This document shows positions 7,835 to 17,198 of a stretch of 25,060 nucleotides of DNA, piece after piece (the first letter of the stretch is position 1; each line of letters opens with the position of its first letter). Source of the DNA: Lentisphaeria bacterium. Lineage in GTDB: Bacteria > Verrucomicrobiota > Lentisphaeria > Oligosphaerales > Oligosphaeraceae. Location: the NCBI GenBank assembly GCA_028699735.1, contig JAQVUB010000001.1, positions 1 through 25,060 on the forward strand, given 5' to 3'. The position numbers and the translations under genes are program-made. The notes beneath the pieces were generated by a model. It was not told the DNA's origin, made no database searches, and saw nothing but the letters and a program-made list of their open reading frames with translations.

Positions 7835-9172
7835 ATGTTGCCACCCAATATTGATAACGATATCGACCGGATTAGCCAACTCGATTTTTCCATTAAACGG
7901 CTCGGAGAACCGACGATCGAGTCCGGGCTGAAGGAAATGATTTTTGTTGATGACAGTGAGAAGATCAGTTATTGTGCAGATGACAGTATCAATCAAGCCT
8001 TGCGTAAGGCCGGCAAACCCGTTCCGGCTTTTCTGGCGGCGGGGCCTCGGCGTCGATTATTTCATGATGCGCCCTGGTGTCGTGCAGCGATTGTGACCTG
8101 CGGAGGTCTTTGCCCGGGTTTGAATGATGTGATCAAAGCACTGGTCAATACTCTCTGGTATATCTATGGGGTTGACAATATATACGGCATTCAATATGGC
8201 TACAAAGGGCTGGTTTCCGGCAACGGGCTGAGCCCCATTCATCTCAATCCGGATATTGTCGATGACATCCATATGCAGGGCGGTACCATCCTTGGAGCAT
8301 CCCGCGGCGAACAGTCCACAGAGGAAATTGTCCGCTCTCTGGATCGCCTGAACATTAATATGCTTTTTACCATTGGCGGCGACGGCACCCAGCGTGGTGC
8401 GCATGATATCGCCGTTGAAGCTATAAAGCGAGGCGTTCAGGTCAGTGTGATCGGGATTCCAAAAACGATCGACAATGATCTGAATTTCATGGATAAGACC
8501 TTTGGTTTTGAGACCGCGGTTGAGGCGACTTCTTCGGTTATCAGCTGTGCCCACAATGAAGCGAAGGGGTATTACAACGGGCTCGGACTGATCCGCCTGA
8601 TGGGACGCGATTCCGGTTTTATTACAGCCTCTGCCAGCCTTGCCAATTCCCTTGTCAATTTCTGCCTAATTCCAGAGGTCGAACTCAATTTGCATGGCGA
8701 CAATGGTTTTCTGCCGGCACTCGAGCGCCGCATGTCCGCCAAACACCATGCTGTCGTGGTGGTCGCCGAAGGTGCCGGGCAGAACCTGATGACGGCCGAA
8801 AAGCAGCGTGACAAATCCGGCAATATCCTTCATAATGATATTGGAATCTTTCTACGCGAGCAGATACGCAACTATTTTCAGGAACGCAAGACGGAGATCA
8901 ACATCAAGTATTTTGATCCCAGTTATGAGATACGCAGCATACCAGCCTGCGGAATGGATTCGATATTCTGTCTGCACCTGGCTCAGCATGCGGTTCATGC
9001 TGCAATGGCTGGAATGACCGATCTGGTGGTCGGCAACTGGCATGGCTATTTCACCTATGTCCCGATTACCGTTGCCACGTCCGCGCGCCGCAAGATCGAT
9101 CCGCATGGTCAGCTCTGGCAGAGTGTCCTGCTGACGACACGCCAGCTGAAGTACTCATCACAACAGGCTTGA
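7835..9172 (+). CDS. pfkA: 6-phosphofructokinase, probably ATP-dependent, PPi-PFK-related (group X-like)
   Basis: TCGGLCPGLNDVI, GGTILGASRG, IGGDGTQRGA, IPKTIDNDL, LMGRDSGFI and FDPSYEIRS. Confidence 0.9.
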   Translation: MLPPNIDNDIDRISQLDFSIKRLGEPTIESGLKEMIFVDDSEKISYCADDSINQALRKAGKPVPAFLAAGPRRRLFHDAPWCRAAIVTCGGLCPGLNDVIKALVNTLWYIYGVDNIYGIQYGYKGLVSGNGLSPIHLNPDIVDDIHMQGGTILGASRGEQSTEEIVRSLDRLNINMLFTIGGDGTQRGAHDIAVEAIKRGVQVSVIGIPKTIDNDLNFMDKTFGFETAVEATSSVISCAHNEAKGYYNGLGLIRLMGRDSGFITASASLANSLVNFCLIPEVELNLHGDNGFLPALERRMSAKHHAVVVVAEGAGQNLMTAEKQRDKSGNILHNDIGIFLREQIRNYFQERKTEINIKYFDPSYEIRSIPACGMDSIFCLHLAQHAVHAAMAGMTDLVVGNWHGYFTYVPITVATSARRKIDPHGQLWQSVLLTTRQLKYSSQQA

Positions 9173-9182
9173 AAAACTCTGA

Positions 9183-9200
9183 TGTGGGCTGGCGCCCACA
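9183..9200 (+). terminator. Candidate hairpin after pfkA
   Basis: TGTGGGC-TGGC-GCCCACA gives a 7-bp stem 10 nt after the stop. There is no immediate U-tract. Confidence 0.3.
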
Positions 9201-9207
9201 AACGAAA

Positions 9208-9300
9208 TTTTAACCACGAAAAGACACGAAAGACACGAAAAATTTGTAGACCCAACGGTAAGAAAGTATGTGTCTTTTCGTGCCTTTCGTGGTTAAAAAA
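9208..9300. repeat. Inverted pair of CACGAAA arms
   Basis: TTTTAACCACGAAAAGACACGAAAGACACGAAAAA (9208-9242) and TGTCTTTTCGTGCCTTTCGTGGTTAAAAAA (9271-9300) enclose a loop of about 28 nt. Confidence 0.88.
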
Positions 9301-9341
9301 GCTTGTATGCCTTCTACTTAGATTTGCAGAGGAGTAAACCT

Positions 9342-11114
9342 GTGACCAAACCAGTTCTTGATCCCCGAACAATGGCAGACTGGCAGATTGCCGAAGCCGC
9401 AGAAGGAAATCTGAAAAGCATTCCGGCACTTGCCGATGAGCTTGGGTTGTTGCCGGAGGAAGTGATTCCGATGGGTCGTCAGCTGGCGAAGATTGATCAC
9501 AAGCTGGTGCTGGATCGTTTGAGTGCTGCCCGACCAGGCAAATATATTGATGTGACGGCGATCACACCGACTCCGCTGGGCGAGGGCAAGACGACGACGA
9601 CCCTTGGTTTGATCGAGGGTCTTGGCCGGCGTGGACACCGGGTGACTGGTGCGATCCGGCAGCCAAGTGGTGGTCCGACCTTCAATATCAAGGGTTCGGC
9701 TGCTGGTGGCGGGCTTGCGCAATGCCTGCCCCTGACTCCTTTTTCGTTGGGGCTGACTGGCGATATTGACAAAATTGTCAATGCGCACAATCTGGGGATG
9801 GTCGCCTTGACCTCACGCATGCAGCATGAGCGCAATTACGATGATGCCGCCCTGGCAAAACGCTCTTTGCGCCGGCTGGATATTGATCCGGAGCGGGTGC
9901 AAAGCCGCTGGATCATCGATTTTTGCGCACAGGCTCTGCGAAATATCACCATTGGCCAGGGCGGCCCGATGGATGGCTTCGAGATGGGCTCCGGCTTTGC
10001 CATTGCGGTTTCCAGTGAACTGATGGCAATTCTGGCAGTCGCTGAAGATCTGGCGGATTTACGGGCTCGCATTGGCCGTATTGTCATGGCTTACAGTCGT
10101 TCCGGGGAGCCGGTAACGACCCGTGATCTGGAGGTTGACGGAGCTATGTGCGCCTGGATGCTGGATACGCTCAATCCGACTTTGGCGCAGACGCTCGAGG
10201 GGCAGCCAGTGCTGGTGCATGCGGGTCCCTTTGCCAATATTGCCATCGGGCAAAGCTCCGTAATTGCTGATAAAATCGGCACCCGTCTCTCTGAATATCA
10301 TATTACCGAAAGTGGCTTCGGAGCTGATATTGGCTTCGAGAAATTCTGGAATTTGAAGTGTCGTTATTCGGGTTTGACACCAGACGCGGTAGTGATTGTC
10401 GCGACGGTGCGTGCGCTGAAGATGCATGGCGGCGGCCCGGAAGTCAAACCCGGTTTGAAACTGGACGAGGCCTACACCCGCGAAAATCTCGGACTCCTCG
10501 AAAAGGGCTGCGAAAATCTGCTGGCTCATATTGAGATTGTTCGTCAGAGCGGGGTTCGTCCAGTGGTCTGCCTGAACAGTTTTTATACCGATACTGCTGC
10601 AGAAGTCGCTCTTGTAAAACGGATCGCCGAGAATGCCGGTGCACTGGCGGCCAGTTCGGAACACTGGCTCAAAGGCGGCGAAGGGGCTTTGGAACTGGCT
10701 GAAGCAGTCGAAAGCGCCGCCGCTGAAAAGCCGCATTTCAAGTTTTTATATGATCTGCAGACAGGTCACCGCCAGCGCATTGAGATCATCGCCAGGCAGG
10801 TCTATGGAGCCGACGGCGTCGATTTTCTGCCGCAGGCCGAAGAGAAACTGCGACAGCTCGAAGGCGATGCGGAGACTCTGGCTTTGGGCACCTGCATGGT
10901 CAAGACTCATCTCAGCTTATCGCATCGTCCGGAACTGAAAGGACGCCCACGCGGTTGGCGTCTGCCGGTGCGTGATCTGCTGATCTACCGCGGGGCCGGC
11001 TTCGTTGTCCCGGTGGCCGGCGAAATCAAGCTGATGCCAGGAACCGGCTCGGATCCCGGCTTCCGACGCATCGATGTCGATGTCAATACCGGGAAAGTCC
11101 ACGGACTGTTTTGA
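9342..11114 (+). CDS. fhs: Formate--tetrahydrofolate ligase
   Basis: [63 protein letters not shown] and IKLMPG. GTG start at 9342 with GAGGAG 7 nt upstream. Confidence 0.96.
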   Translation: MTKPVLDPRTMADWQIAEAAEGNLKSIPALADELGLLPEEVIPMGRQLAKIDHKLVLDRLSAARPGKYIDVTAITPTPLGEGKTTTTLGLIEGLGRRGHRVTGAIRQPSGGPTFNIKGSAAGGGLAQCLPLTPFSLGLTGDIDKIVNAHNLGMVALTSRMQHERNYDDAALAKRSLRRLDIDPERVQSRWIIDFCAQALRNITIGQGGPMDGFEMGSGFAIAVSSELMAILAVAEDLADLRARIGRIVMAYSRSGEPVTTRDLEVDGAMCAWMLDTLNPTLAQTLEGQPVLVHAGPFANIAIGQSSVIADKIGTRLSEYHITESGFGADIGFEKFWNLKCRYSGLTPDAVVIVATVRALKMHGGGPEVKPGLKLDEAYTRENLGLLEKGCENLLAHIEIVRQSGVRPVVCLNSFYTDTAAEVALVKRIAENAGALAASSEHWLKGGEGALELAEAVESAAAEKPHFKFLYDLQTGHRQRIEIIARQVYGADGVDFLPQAEEKLRQLEGDAETLALGTCMVKTHLSLSHRPELKGRPRGWRLPVRDLLIYRGAGFVVPVAGEIKLMPGTGSDPGFRRIDVDVNTGKVHGLF

Positions 11115-11157
11115 TTTTTTTTAACAACGAAAAGACCCGAAAAGGCGCGAAAATTTT
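11115..11157 (+). repeat. Single arm of the AACAACGAAA repeat family
   Basis: T8-AACAACGAAAAGACCCGAAAAGGCGCGAAAATTTT begins immediately after the fhs TGA. Confidence 0.8.
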
Positions 11158-11312
11158 AAAGGGTTTGTTGCTTTGACGCATGAGCCTTCGCTGGCAAAAT
11201 CCACATGGGGCAAAGTCGGCTTTGTTGAGTTTCGTCGGAGGTGATATGGAGTGCCGCTGGCTCGGCGGCACAGGCATTGCGGTTCGCTTTCAGGACAAAA
11301 AACAATAAGAAC

Positions 11313-14300
11313 CTATTCCAGCACGAAATCGAGGTATCTGGCCGGTTCGAGAGCGCCGGCGATGCCTGGAGTGATTTGCATCCAATAGGGGGAACTCTGG
11401 CCTTTGACATCACTGTCCATGATCAGGCAGTTGAAGCGGAACACCCGCCCCTTCTCAGGTGACAGCGGCGCCAGTTTCGCCCAGGGCAAAGAGATGAAAT
11501 ATTCAGTGGTTTTCGTCTTTTCATCCCGGATGATGTTGGTTTTTCCCAGGGAGCGGTCTCCCATTTCTGCAAGATTTTCGCGGGCGGCAAAATGGCAGAA
11601 GAGTTCAGGCCCCTGGTTGCCGATGCCGGCAGTGAACAGGTAGTCGTCTGCATCCAGTCCGCTGATTCCCCGCAACAGGTTGGCGGCTGCATTATTCCGG
11701 GTATTGAATGCGAACTGGATGGAGTCCCCGCTCCAGAGCACATATCCGCGTGCGGTGTTGTTCATGATGTCATCGCGTACCTGAACCAGCAGATGAAAAT
11801 ATGCATTATCCCAGGCAAGTCGGATATCCGCACTGAGATCGTCGATTCCATCCCAGAGTCCTTTGACCGCGAAATCGATGCTGGACAAATGTTTTTCGGG
11901 GCTGTTCAGTACAATGGGTTCAAGCTTTCGGATGTCTTCCAACTGCTGAATCCGGGGTATGGGAAGCAGCGTAAAATTCTGTTGAAAGTTGTAGCTCCGG
12001 TCGCTTTGGCTGACGATCGTGAAATTCAGAGGATTGAATTTTTCCTGTGGCGGGGGAGCTGTCATGGGGATGGAAATCCTGTTTTCGCCCAAGGCAGGCA
12101 GCAGAACCGACCCGGTATGCTTTATTTCCTGTAAATCCGGCAGGTTGACCGTGCAGGCAAGCTGGCGGTCCGTTAAATTCTGAACCGTGATTTCAAGTTG
12201 ATTTCGCAAGGACATGGCTGCCGCCGCCTGCAGTTCCGGCAGGGAAATATCGGCTTTGCGGAAAACGGATACCCAGGACTGGACCGCGCTGCCAAAGTCA
12301 AGATAAACCGGAGCTTCACCCAGCTTCAGTTCGATGCGGCTGCCCTGTCCATATTTCAGAGGATTTCCTTCGGCATCATATCCGGTCAGAACACTGTCGG
12401 CGGGGGGAGAAAGAAGGACACTGGTGGCGACGTTGCTCCAGAGTACCCCCAGATGGTGATCTTCGTTCCGGAACAGATAAAACGGGATGTCTTTATGCAG
12501 CTCAACCGTACCGGCACTCTGCATCCCCGCCAGCAGACGAGAGACCGCTGCGAAGGTGGCAGCCATCGGCCGGGGACTGTTGTCACGCCAGATTCCATAG
12601 TCGAGGGCATCTTCAGCACGCCAGCGTGCCCACCAGAAATACAGCCAGTGACGCACCTCAGGAAAACTTTTGGCGATGATGTATTCGCGTGCCTGGATAT
12701 TGGCGGCACTGACCGCATAAGGCGAGCTGACCGGCAGGTCATATACGACTTTGCAGCCCTTTTCATCTACCGCCACGATATTTTTCGCCTTGCTTTGGAC
12801 AATTTCCAGCGCATCCCGCAACATTTCGCCAAAATTTCCGCTTTCGGAATTGGCGGGGTCATATCCCGGGCCCCAGGTATTGGGGGAGGTATAGAGGTCC
12901 GGGCCGACTCCGTCGAGGTATTCATGGAGTTCATCCCAGAGGGCTTTCATCACCCGGAATCTGGGCAGGGTTCGCCCATCGCCGCCGCTGACCCCGATTC
13001 CCAGCAGGACTGCGTCGGGATCGGCCTTGCGCACGGCACCTGATAGTTCTTTGACTCTGCGGATATAGTGCTGATATTCGTACTGGTCATGATGCTGTGA
13101 GAGATTGATTTCATTGACTGCAGACCATTCGCGAATTTTTCCCTTGTAACGGGTAACCAGGGCCGTGACAAAGCGTTCGGCCGCCTGGTAGAATTCCTCA
13201 TCATAGGGGTATTTTCCTGCGCTTCGGGCGGCTTTGATTTTCCGGCCCCAGTGATCCGGATACATATTCAGGAATCCGTAAACCCGGATGCCTCCGATGG
13301 GTTTGATGTGTTGTTCCAGGCATTGCTCGACCTGCCAGTCGAGGCCGGACCAGTCATAGGAACCATCTTCCAGTTCGATGGTACGCCAGTCGATGCTGAT
13401 TCCCTTGCTGCCAAAACCGAGCATGCGGATCGCCTCCGGATAACAGGGCGATGCAAAGGTGATGCCAAAAAACGGATCGGGCTTTTCTGGAGGAGAATCG
13501 ACAACCAGGAAAGAATATTCGAAAGTTTCGGGGCGCAGGCCGGTGGTCTGCCAGGAACAGAATACCGAATAAAAACCGAAAAGATCCGGGGCTTTCATAG
13601 CTACCGGATATGCCTGCAGCGATAATGCGGGCATATCCAGTGTCTGTTCGAAGCCATCCAGTTCTTGACCGGAGATATTCCGTATTCGGAAAGAGACCTT
13701 CAGTTTGCGGGCTTCCGGCCAGGAATTTTCAAAATAGAGTTTAGCCTGTGGAGTTTCGCCTTTGCGGAACATTCCCCAGACACCGCCATTTTCAAACTGC
13801 CAGAAGGCGACTTGATTTTGCTGAAGGACTAGCCGTTCCAATTTCAGGTTAGCGAACCAGATGCTGACGGGTGTCTCAGCTTTTCCACGTTGTCCGAGAT
13901 TGACGGTAAGGCGCCGTGTGCCTGGAGGAGCAGTAAACTGCACGGCGACTTTCTGCCAGTCGTTGGGAGCATCATCGTTGACTGGCACTGCTGCAAAGTT
14001 GGTTGAGCCGTCGTTGCCGGGCAGGGTGACCGTGACGCTGACCAGAGGCTGGCAATTCGCTTCCGCGGATTCCTTGCGAACCAGAGCGCTGAGGCGAAAG
14101 GTGCCCTGGCAGTTTTCCCGGATGTCAATAAGCACAGTGCTGCAAGAGAGCTGTTTTCCGGGGCTGAGGTGTGCATGTAATGCCCTGCCGCCAGGCCATT
14201 GCGGCCCACTGACCTCTTCCAGATAAACCGGCTTTCCCCCGGAACGATACCAGCGCTGCGGCGACATGGCGGAATTCGTCCGGTTCAGAATGTCTACACC

Positions 14301-14942
14301 GTTTTCACTGAGAAGTGGATTTTCCGGCAGAGGAACTGGATTTTCCGGAGAGGGCTGCAGCATTGCGGGATTTTCGGTCAAAGGGCTGATGCTGATCCGG
14401 TCGAACCAGATTTTGCCCTGGCTGGGCTGACTGACTTTCAAATATAGGGAGGCCTGACGGAGATGTTGTGGAGTCAGTTTGAATGTGCCCTCAAAACAGC
14501 GCCAGTCCAGATTGATACCTCCTTCATGCAGGGGCGGGGTATGTTGTGACCACAGAGTGAGTTCTTTGCTCTCACCATCATTCAGCTTGCTTCTGCCACG
14601 CAACTGGATCATGGCATAAGCGGCCTGGCCTGGCAGGCTGTTCATGCCTGCAGTTTTTATATATCCGGAAATCCGGTACGATTGCAAGTCTTCCGGGAAA
14701 TCGATTTTTTGCATCAGCAGGCCGGGGCGTTTCCCGTCGGCGGCTATAAACAGTGAACAGAGGCCTGGCGGGACAGCCTGACTGCGCTCAACTGCCGGCG
14801 GCAGGGCAGACCCCACCCAGGCGGGCACTTCCCAACCGCTGAGGCCTTCTTCAAAACTGCCATTCCTGACGAGCTCTTCCTGTGCCGGAAGCGACAGACA
14901 GAGTCCCGCGATAAGGATCCCAATCAAGGTGAAAACTCGCAT
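11313..14942 (-). CDS. Secreted multidomain glycoside hydrolase (clan GH-A, GH39/GH5-like) with N-terminal CBM4/9-like modules and C-terminal CBM9/DOMON-like domain
   Basis: The signal peptide MRVFTLIGILIAGLCLSLPAQ follows an AGAGGAG RBS. CBM-like motifs are NGSFEEGLSGW, WFDRISI and WFANLKL. The barrel has WRTIELEDGSYDWSGLD, acid/base-like WSAVNEIN (E at 13110-13112) and nucleophile-like AVDEKG (E at 12762-12764). The C-terminus has DLSADIRLAWDNAYFHLLVQVRDD, DSIQFAF and TEYFISLPW. The family is not resolvable by eye. Confidence 0.78.
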   Translation of the reverse strand: MRVFTLIGILIAGLCLSLPAQEELVRNGSFEEGLSGWEVPAWVGSALPPAVERSQAVPPGLCSLFIAADGKRPGLLMQKIDFPEDLQSYRISGYIKTAGMNSLPGQAAYAMIQLRGRSKLNDGESKELTLWSQHTPPLHEGGINLDWRCFEGTFKLTPQHLRQASLYLKVSQPSQGKIWFDRISISPLTENPAMLQPSPENPVPLPENPLLSENGVDILNRTNSAMSPQRWYRSGGKPVYLEEVSGPQWPGGRALHAHLSPGKQLSCSTVLIDIRENCQGTFRLSALVRKESAEANCQPLVSVTVTLPGNDGSTNFAAVPVNDDAPNDWQKVAVQFTAPPGTRRLTVNLGQRGKAETPVSIWFANLKLERLVLQQNQVAFWQFENGGVWGMFRKGETPQAKLYFENSWPEARKLKVSFRIRNISGQELDGFEQTLDMPALSLQAYPVAMKAPDLFGFYSVFCSWQTTGLRPETFEYSFLVVDSPPEKPDPFFGITFASPCYPEAIRMLGFGSKGISIDWRTIELEDGSYDWSGLDWQVEQCLEQHIKPIGGIRVYGFLNMYPDHWGRKIKAARSAGKYPYDEEFYQAAERFVTALVTRYKGKIREWSAVNEINLSQHHDQYEYQHYIRRVKELSGAVRKADPDAVLLGIGVSGGDGRTLPRFRVMKALWDELHEYLDGVGPDLYTSPNTWGPGYDPANSESGNFGEMLRDALEIVQSKAKNIVAVDEKGCKVVYDLPVSSPYAVSAANIQAREYIIAKSFPEVRHWLYFWWARWRAEDALDYGIWRDNSPRPMAATFAAVSRLLAGMQSAGTVELHKDIPFYLFRNEDHHLGVLWSNVATSVLLSPPADSVLTGYDAEGNPLKYGQGSRIELKLGEAPVYLDFGSAVQSWVSVFRKADISLPELQAAAAMSLRNQLEITVQNLTDRQLACTVNLPDLQEIKHTGSVLLPALGENRISIPMTAPPPQEKFNPLNFTIVSQSDRSYNFQQNFTLLPIPRIQQLEDIRKLEPIVLNSPEKHLSSIDFAVKGLWDGIDDLSADIRLAWDNAYFHLLVQVRDDIMNNTARGYVLWSGDSIQFAFNTRNNAAANLLRGISGLDADDYLFTAGIGNQGPELFCHFAARENLAEMGDRSLGKTNIIRDEKTKTTEYFISLPWAKLAPLSPEKGRVFRFNCLIMDSDVKGQSSPYWMQITPGIAGALEPARYLDFVLE

Positions 14943-14973
14943 TGGTTCAACTCCTCTCAGCTTGTATTTCCGG

Positions 14974-15681
14974 TCAGTTTTCATATCCTGGAAGCCCCGA
15001 ACCGATTTTGAAAAAGCCGTCCTGCATAGCTGCATATTTCATTCCCTCGACATGGAAATCGCCATGCAGGATATTGGTCGACAGATTGGAATGGCGGAAG
15101 GCAGTCCAGGACTTGAACTGAATGGCATAGGTGCTGGTGCGAGAGGAGTCGACGACCAGAATGGCTTTCCCAGGACGCTTGAGTTCTTGAATTTTATGTG
15201 CGTAACGGTCTGTGTAGGCCAGGGAGCCATTGCTGTTGTATACCCCTGTCAGATAGGGATTGATGCCATAGTGCATATACTGAAAGCCGGTGGTATTACC
15301 CAAAGGGACAATGGGCAGCGGTTCACTGGGGCAAATAAACGACGCGGGATAGCGCAGGGAGCCGGGATTGGTTTTCAGGTTTTCCGTTTTGTTTGCGGAA
15401 ATCAGCTGATACCAGTATTGCGTATTCACATAGGCGGGAACCAGATAGTCGTTATTGTCATCGGCGTAGTGAAGGAAAGCCAGCCCCATCTGCTTGAGTT
15501 TGTTGACACAACTGATCCGGTTGGCCGCAGAACGGGCGGAATTAAGGGCGGGCAGCAGCATCGCCGCCAGGATGGCAATAATAGCGATAACAACCAGAAG
15601 TTCAATCAAAGTGAAACTTCTGGAAAATTGCTTGCCCCGGGTGATGTTCGTGATTTCATGGCAGGTCGTTTGCGCTTTCAT
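14974..15681 (-). CDS. Prepilin-type N-terminal cleavage/methylation protein (DUF1559 / H-X9-DG type)
   Basis: [56 protein letters not shown] and C-terminal [27 protein letters not shown]. Confidence 0.92.
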   Translation of the reverse strand: MKAQTTCHEITNITRGKQFSRSFTLIELLVVIAIIAILAAMLLPALNSARSAANRISCVNKLKQMGLAFLHYADDNNDYLVPAYVNTQYWYQLISANKTENLKTNPGSLRYPASFICPSEPLPIVPLGNTTGFQYMHYGINPYLTGVYNSNGSLAYTDRYAHKIQELKRPGKAILVVDSSRTSTYAIQFKSWTAFRHSNLSTNILHGDFHVEGMKYAAMQDGFFKIGSGLPGYEN

Positions 15682-15744
15682 ACTACACCTTCCTGTTTGA
15701 ATGTGAATGTTCGAGAATCTGTTTGTTTGACAGTGGGATAAGGA

Positions 15745-16845
15745 TCAAGGTTGTGTTTTGCAGCTCGCGGGCGCCTGTTTTTTCAAAAAATGTCTCCAGG
15801 CCCGGTATTCGGCAGAAGAGCAGGCGGCTTGCAGAAGAGGAACCAGTCCATCTTGCGTTTTTCGCTGAAAAAAACAAGGAATTTTCGATGTACTGGTACA
15901 GACCTGAAAATATCCTGAGGAAATTTCCGGCATCAGGGTCAGGTGCAGGTCATTTGGCAGAGCCAGCAGGATGCAGATATCGGGATGCAACTTTTCTGCC
16001 AGCAGAGTGATGATCCTTTTGATCCCTGCCTCACTGGTTAGAAGGATTTTGCGGATGCGTGGATTCTCGCTTTGCAGGCTTTGCAACATTTCATTCCAGG
16101 GATAGAAAAAACGCTGTTCAAGGGCTGCTGCCTGATCCAGAATATTGCTCAAAGAAACCTGTTGTCGCAGCGATTCAATTTCAACGATGGCAGGTTGGCA
16201 GGATTGCGGCAAAGAATCCGGTTCCAGGAGGGTATCATCTTCGGTCAGAAAGGCATATTCCAAGGCGAAACCAGAATGCAATAGCAGAATCTTTTGATAT
16301 TCAGGTTGTTCTGCACGGCAGGCAAAGGCATGCGCTGAAATCGGCGAATCTGCGAAAACGGGGATTGGCAGGCGTTGACAGATTTCCTGAAGCAGTTCAT
16401 TGGCAAAGGTGCTGAAGCGTTCGACTCTTTGAAAAACCAGCGACAAGGCATTGATCCTGACACCGGCAGCGTTTTCCAACTGGGCAAAAAAACGAGTCGT
16501 TTTTCGGGCGGCCGTGCTGGGTATTTCCAGCAGCGTGCTGAAATCCGCTTCATGGCATTGAGCCAGGAAAGCCCCGGAGGTGTCTTTCACTGCCCCGGAT
16601 ATCCCGCTGTGAGTCAGTAAAATGGAGGCAAAAGTCAAGCGCCCGGAAGCCGGCCTGAATTCATAAACAGGACGACCTTTCGGACGCGAAACCAGCCTGT
16701 TTTCAATAAACCCCTGCTCTTCCAGCAGCAAAGTGTAGTTGCTGACCGTTCGCACATCAAGTTGCAATTTGCAGGCCAAATCACGACGGCTGATCGCCCC
16801 GGATGAAAAAATTTCCGCCAGAATTTCATCTCGCCTGCAGGACAT
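15745..16845 (-). CDS. ROK-family-like transcriptional regulator (N-terminal HTH, degenerate ROK domain)
   Basis: The N-terminal wHTH is RDEILAEIFSSGAISRRDLACKLQLDVRTVSNYTLLLEEQGFI, followed by KGRP and FASILLTHSGISGAVKD. PVFADSP aligns to ROK PVxxEND. ATG at 16845 with AAGGA upstream. Confidence 0.72.
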   Translation of the reverse strand: MSCRRDEILAEIFSSGAISRRDLACKLQLDVRTVSNYTLLLEEQGFIENRLVSRPKGRPVYEFRPASGRLTFASILLTHSGISGAVKDTSGAFLAQCHEADFSTLLEIPSTAARKTTRFFAQLENAAGVRINALSLVFQRVERFSTFANELLQEICQRLPIPVFADSPISAHAFACRAEQPEYQKILLLHSGFALEYAFLTEDDTLLEPDSLPQSCQPAIVEIESLRQQVSLSNILDQAAALEQRFFYPWNEMLQSLQSENPRIRKILLTSEAGIKRIITLLAEKLHPDICILLALPNDLHLTLMPEISSGYFQVCTSTSKIPCFFQRKTQDGLVPLLQAACSSAEYRAWRHFLKKQAPASCKTQP

Positions 16846-16881
16846 CGGAATTATCCTTTTGTTATTAAGTACAATTTTATG

Positions 16882-16897
16882 ATACAATAATTTGTAT
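16882..16897. promoter_or_regulatory. Candidate operator palindrome in the AT-rich divergent promoter region
   Basis: ATACAA-TAAT-TTGTAT lies between the ROK-like gene and the divergent 17199 gene. Confidence 0.3.
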
Positions 16898-16952
16898 TTA
16901 AATAAAAGCAAATTATGGTAAAAAAATACTTTTTAATTTCAGAGAACCGAAC

Positions 16953-17123
16953 GTAATACGTCAGTGAAGCCGGATAACGGAGGGATTCTTTTTGAACAAC
17001 GAAAAGCACAAAACGACCCGAAAAAATTTCATGGAAGCGGCGTTGACTGCTTTCCATGCGTCGTACTTGCATGAAATTTTTTCGTGTCCTTTCGGGTATT
17101 TCGTTGTTTAAAAAGAATCCCTC
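16953..17123. repeat. Full palindromic copy of the AACAACGAAA family with left flank motif
   Basis: The arms are 16980-17033 (GAGGGATTCTTTTTGAACAACG...AAAAAATTTCATG) and 17070-17123, their imperfect reverse complement. Positions 16953-17036 are homologous to 22225-22308. Confidence 0.9.
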
Positions 17124-17198
17124 GGTTACCAGTGTTACCCGTTACTTTCGGGTGCGGATGAGGCAAGGTTTTCCGGATTGCAGGAAGGGAATTTACTG

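Noticed and set aside
11251-11271. GC-rich hairpin GTGCCGCTG-GCT-CGGCGGCAC between the convergent fhs and GH genes, and a possible ncRNA in 11160-11310
   Set aside because: There is no U-tract on either strand and no recognisable RNA family features.
15690-15732. CTGTTTG direct repeats and GTTTGTTTG resembling half of a XylR-type ROK operator upstream of the pilin gene
   Set aside because: The complementary half-site is missing, and the match is too short to support.
14929-15741. Plus-strand 270-aa ORF, and similar long antisense ORFs over rhaA, argH, fhs, gdhA, GH and kinase 2
   Set aside because: They are shadows of well-supported genes on the opposite strand.
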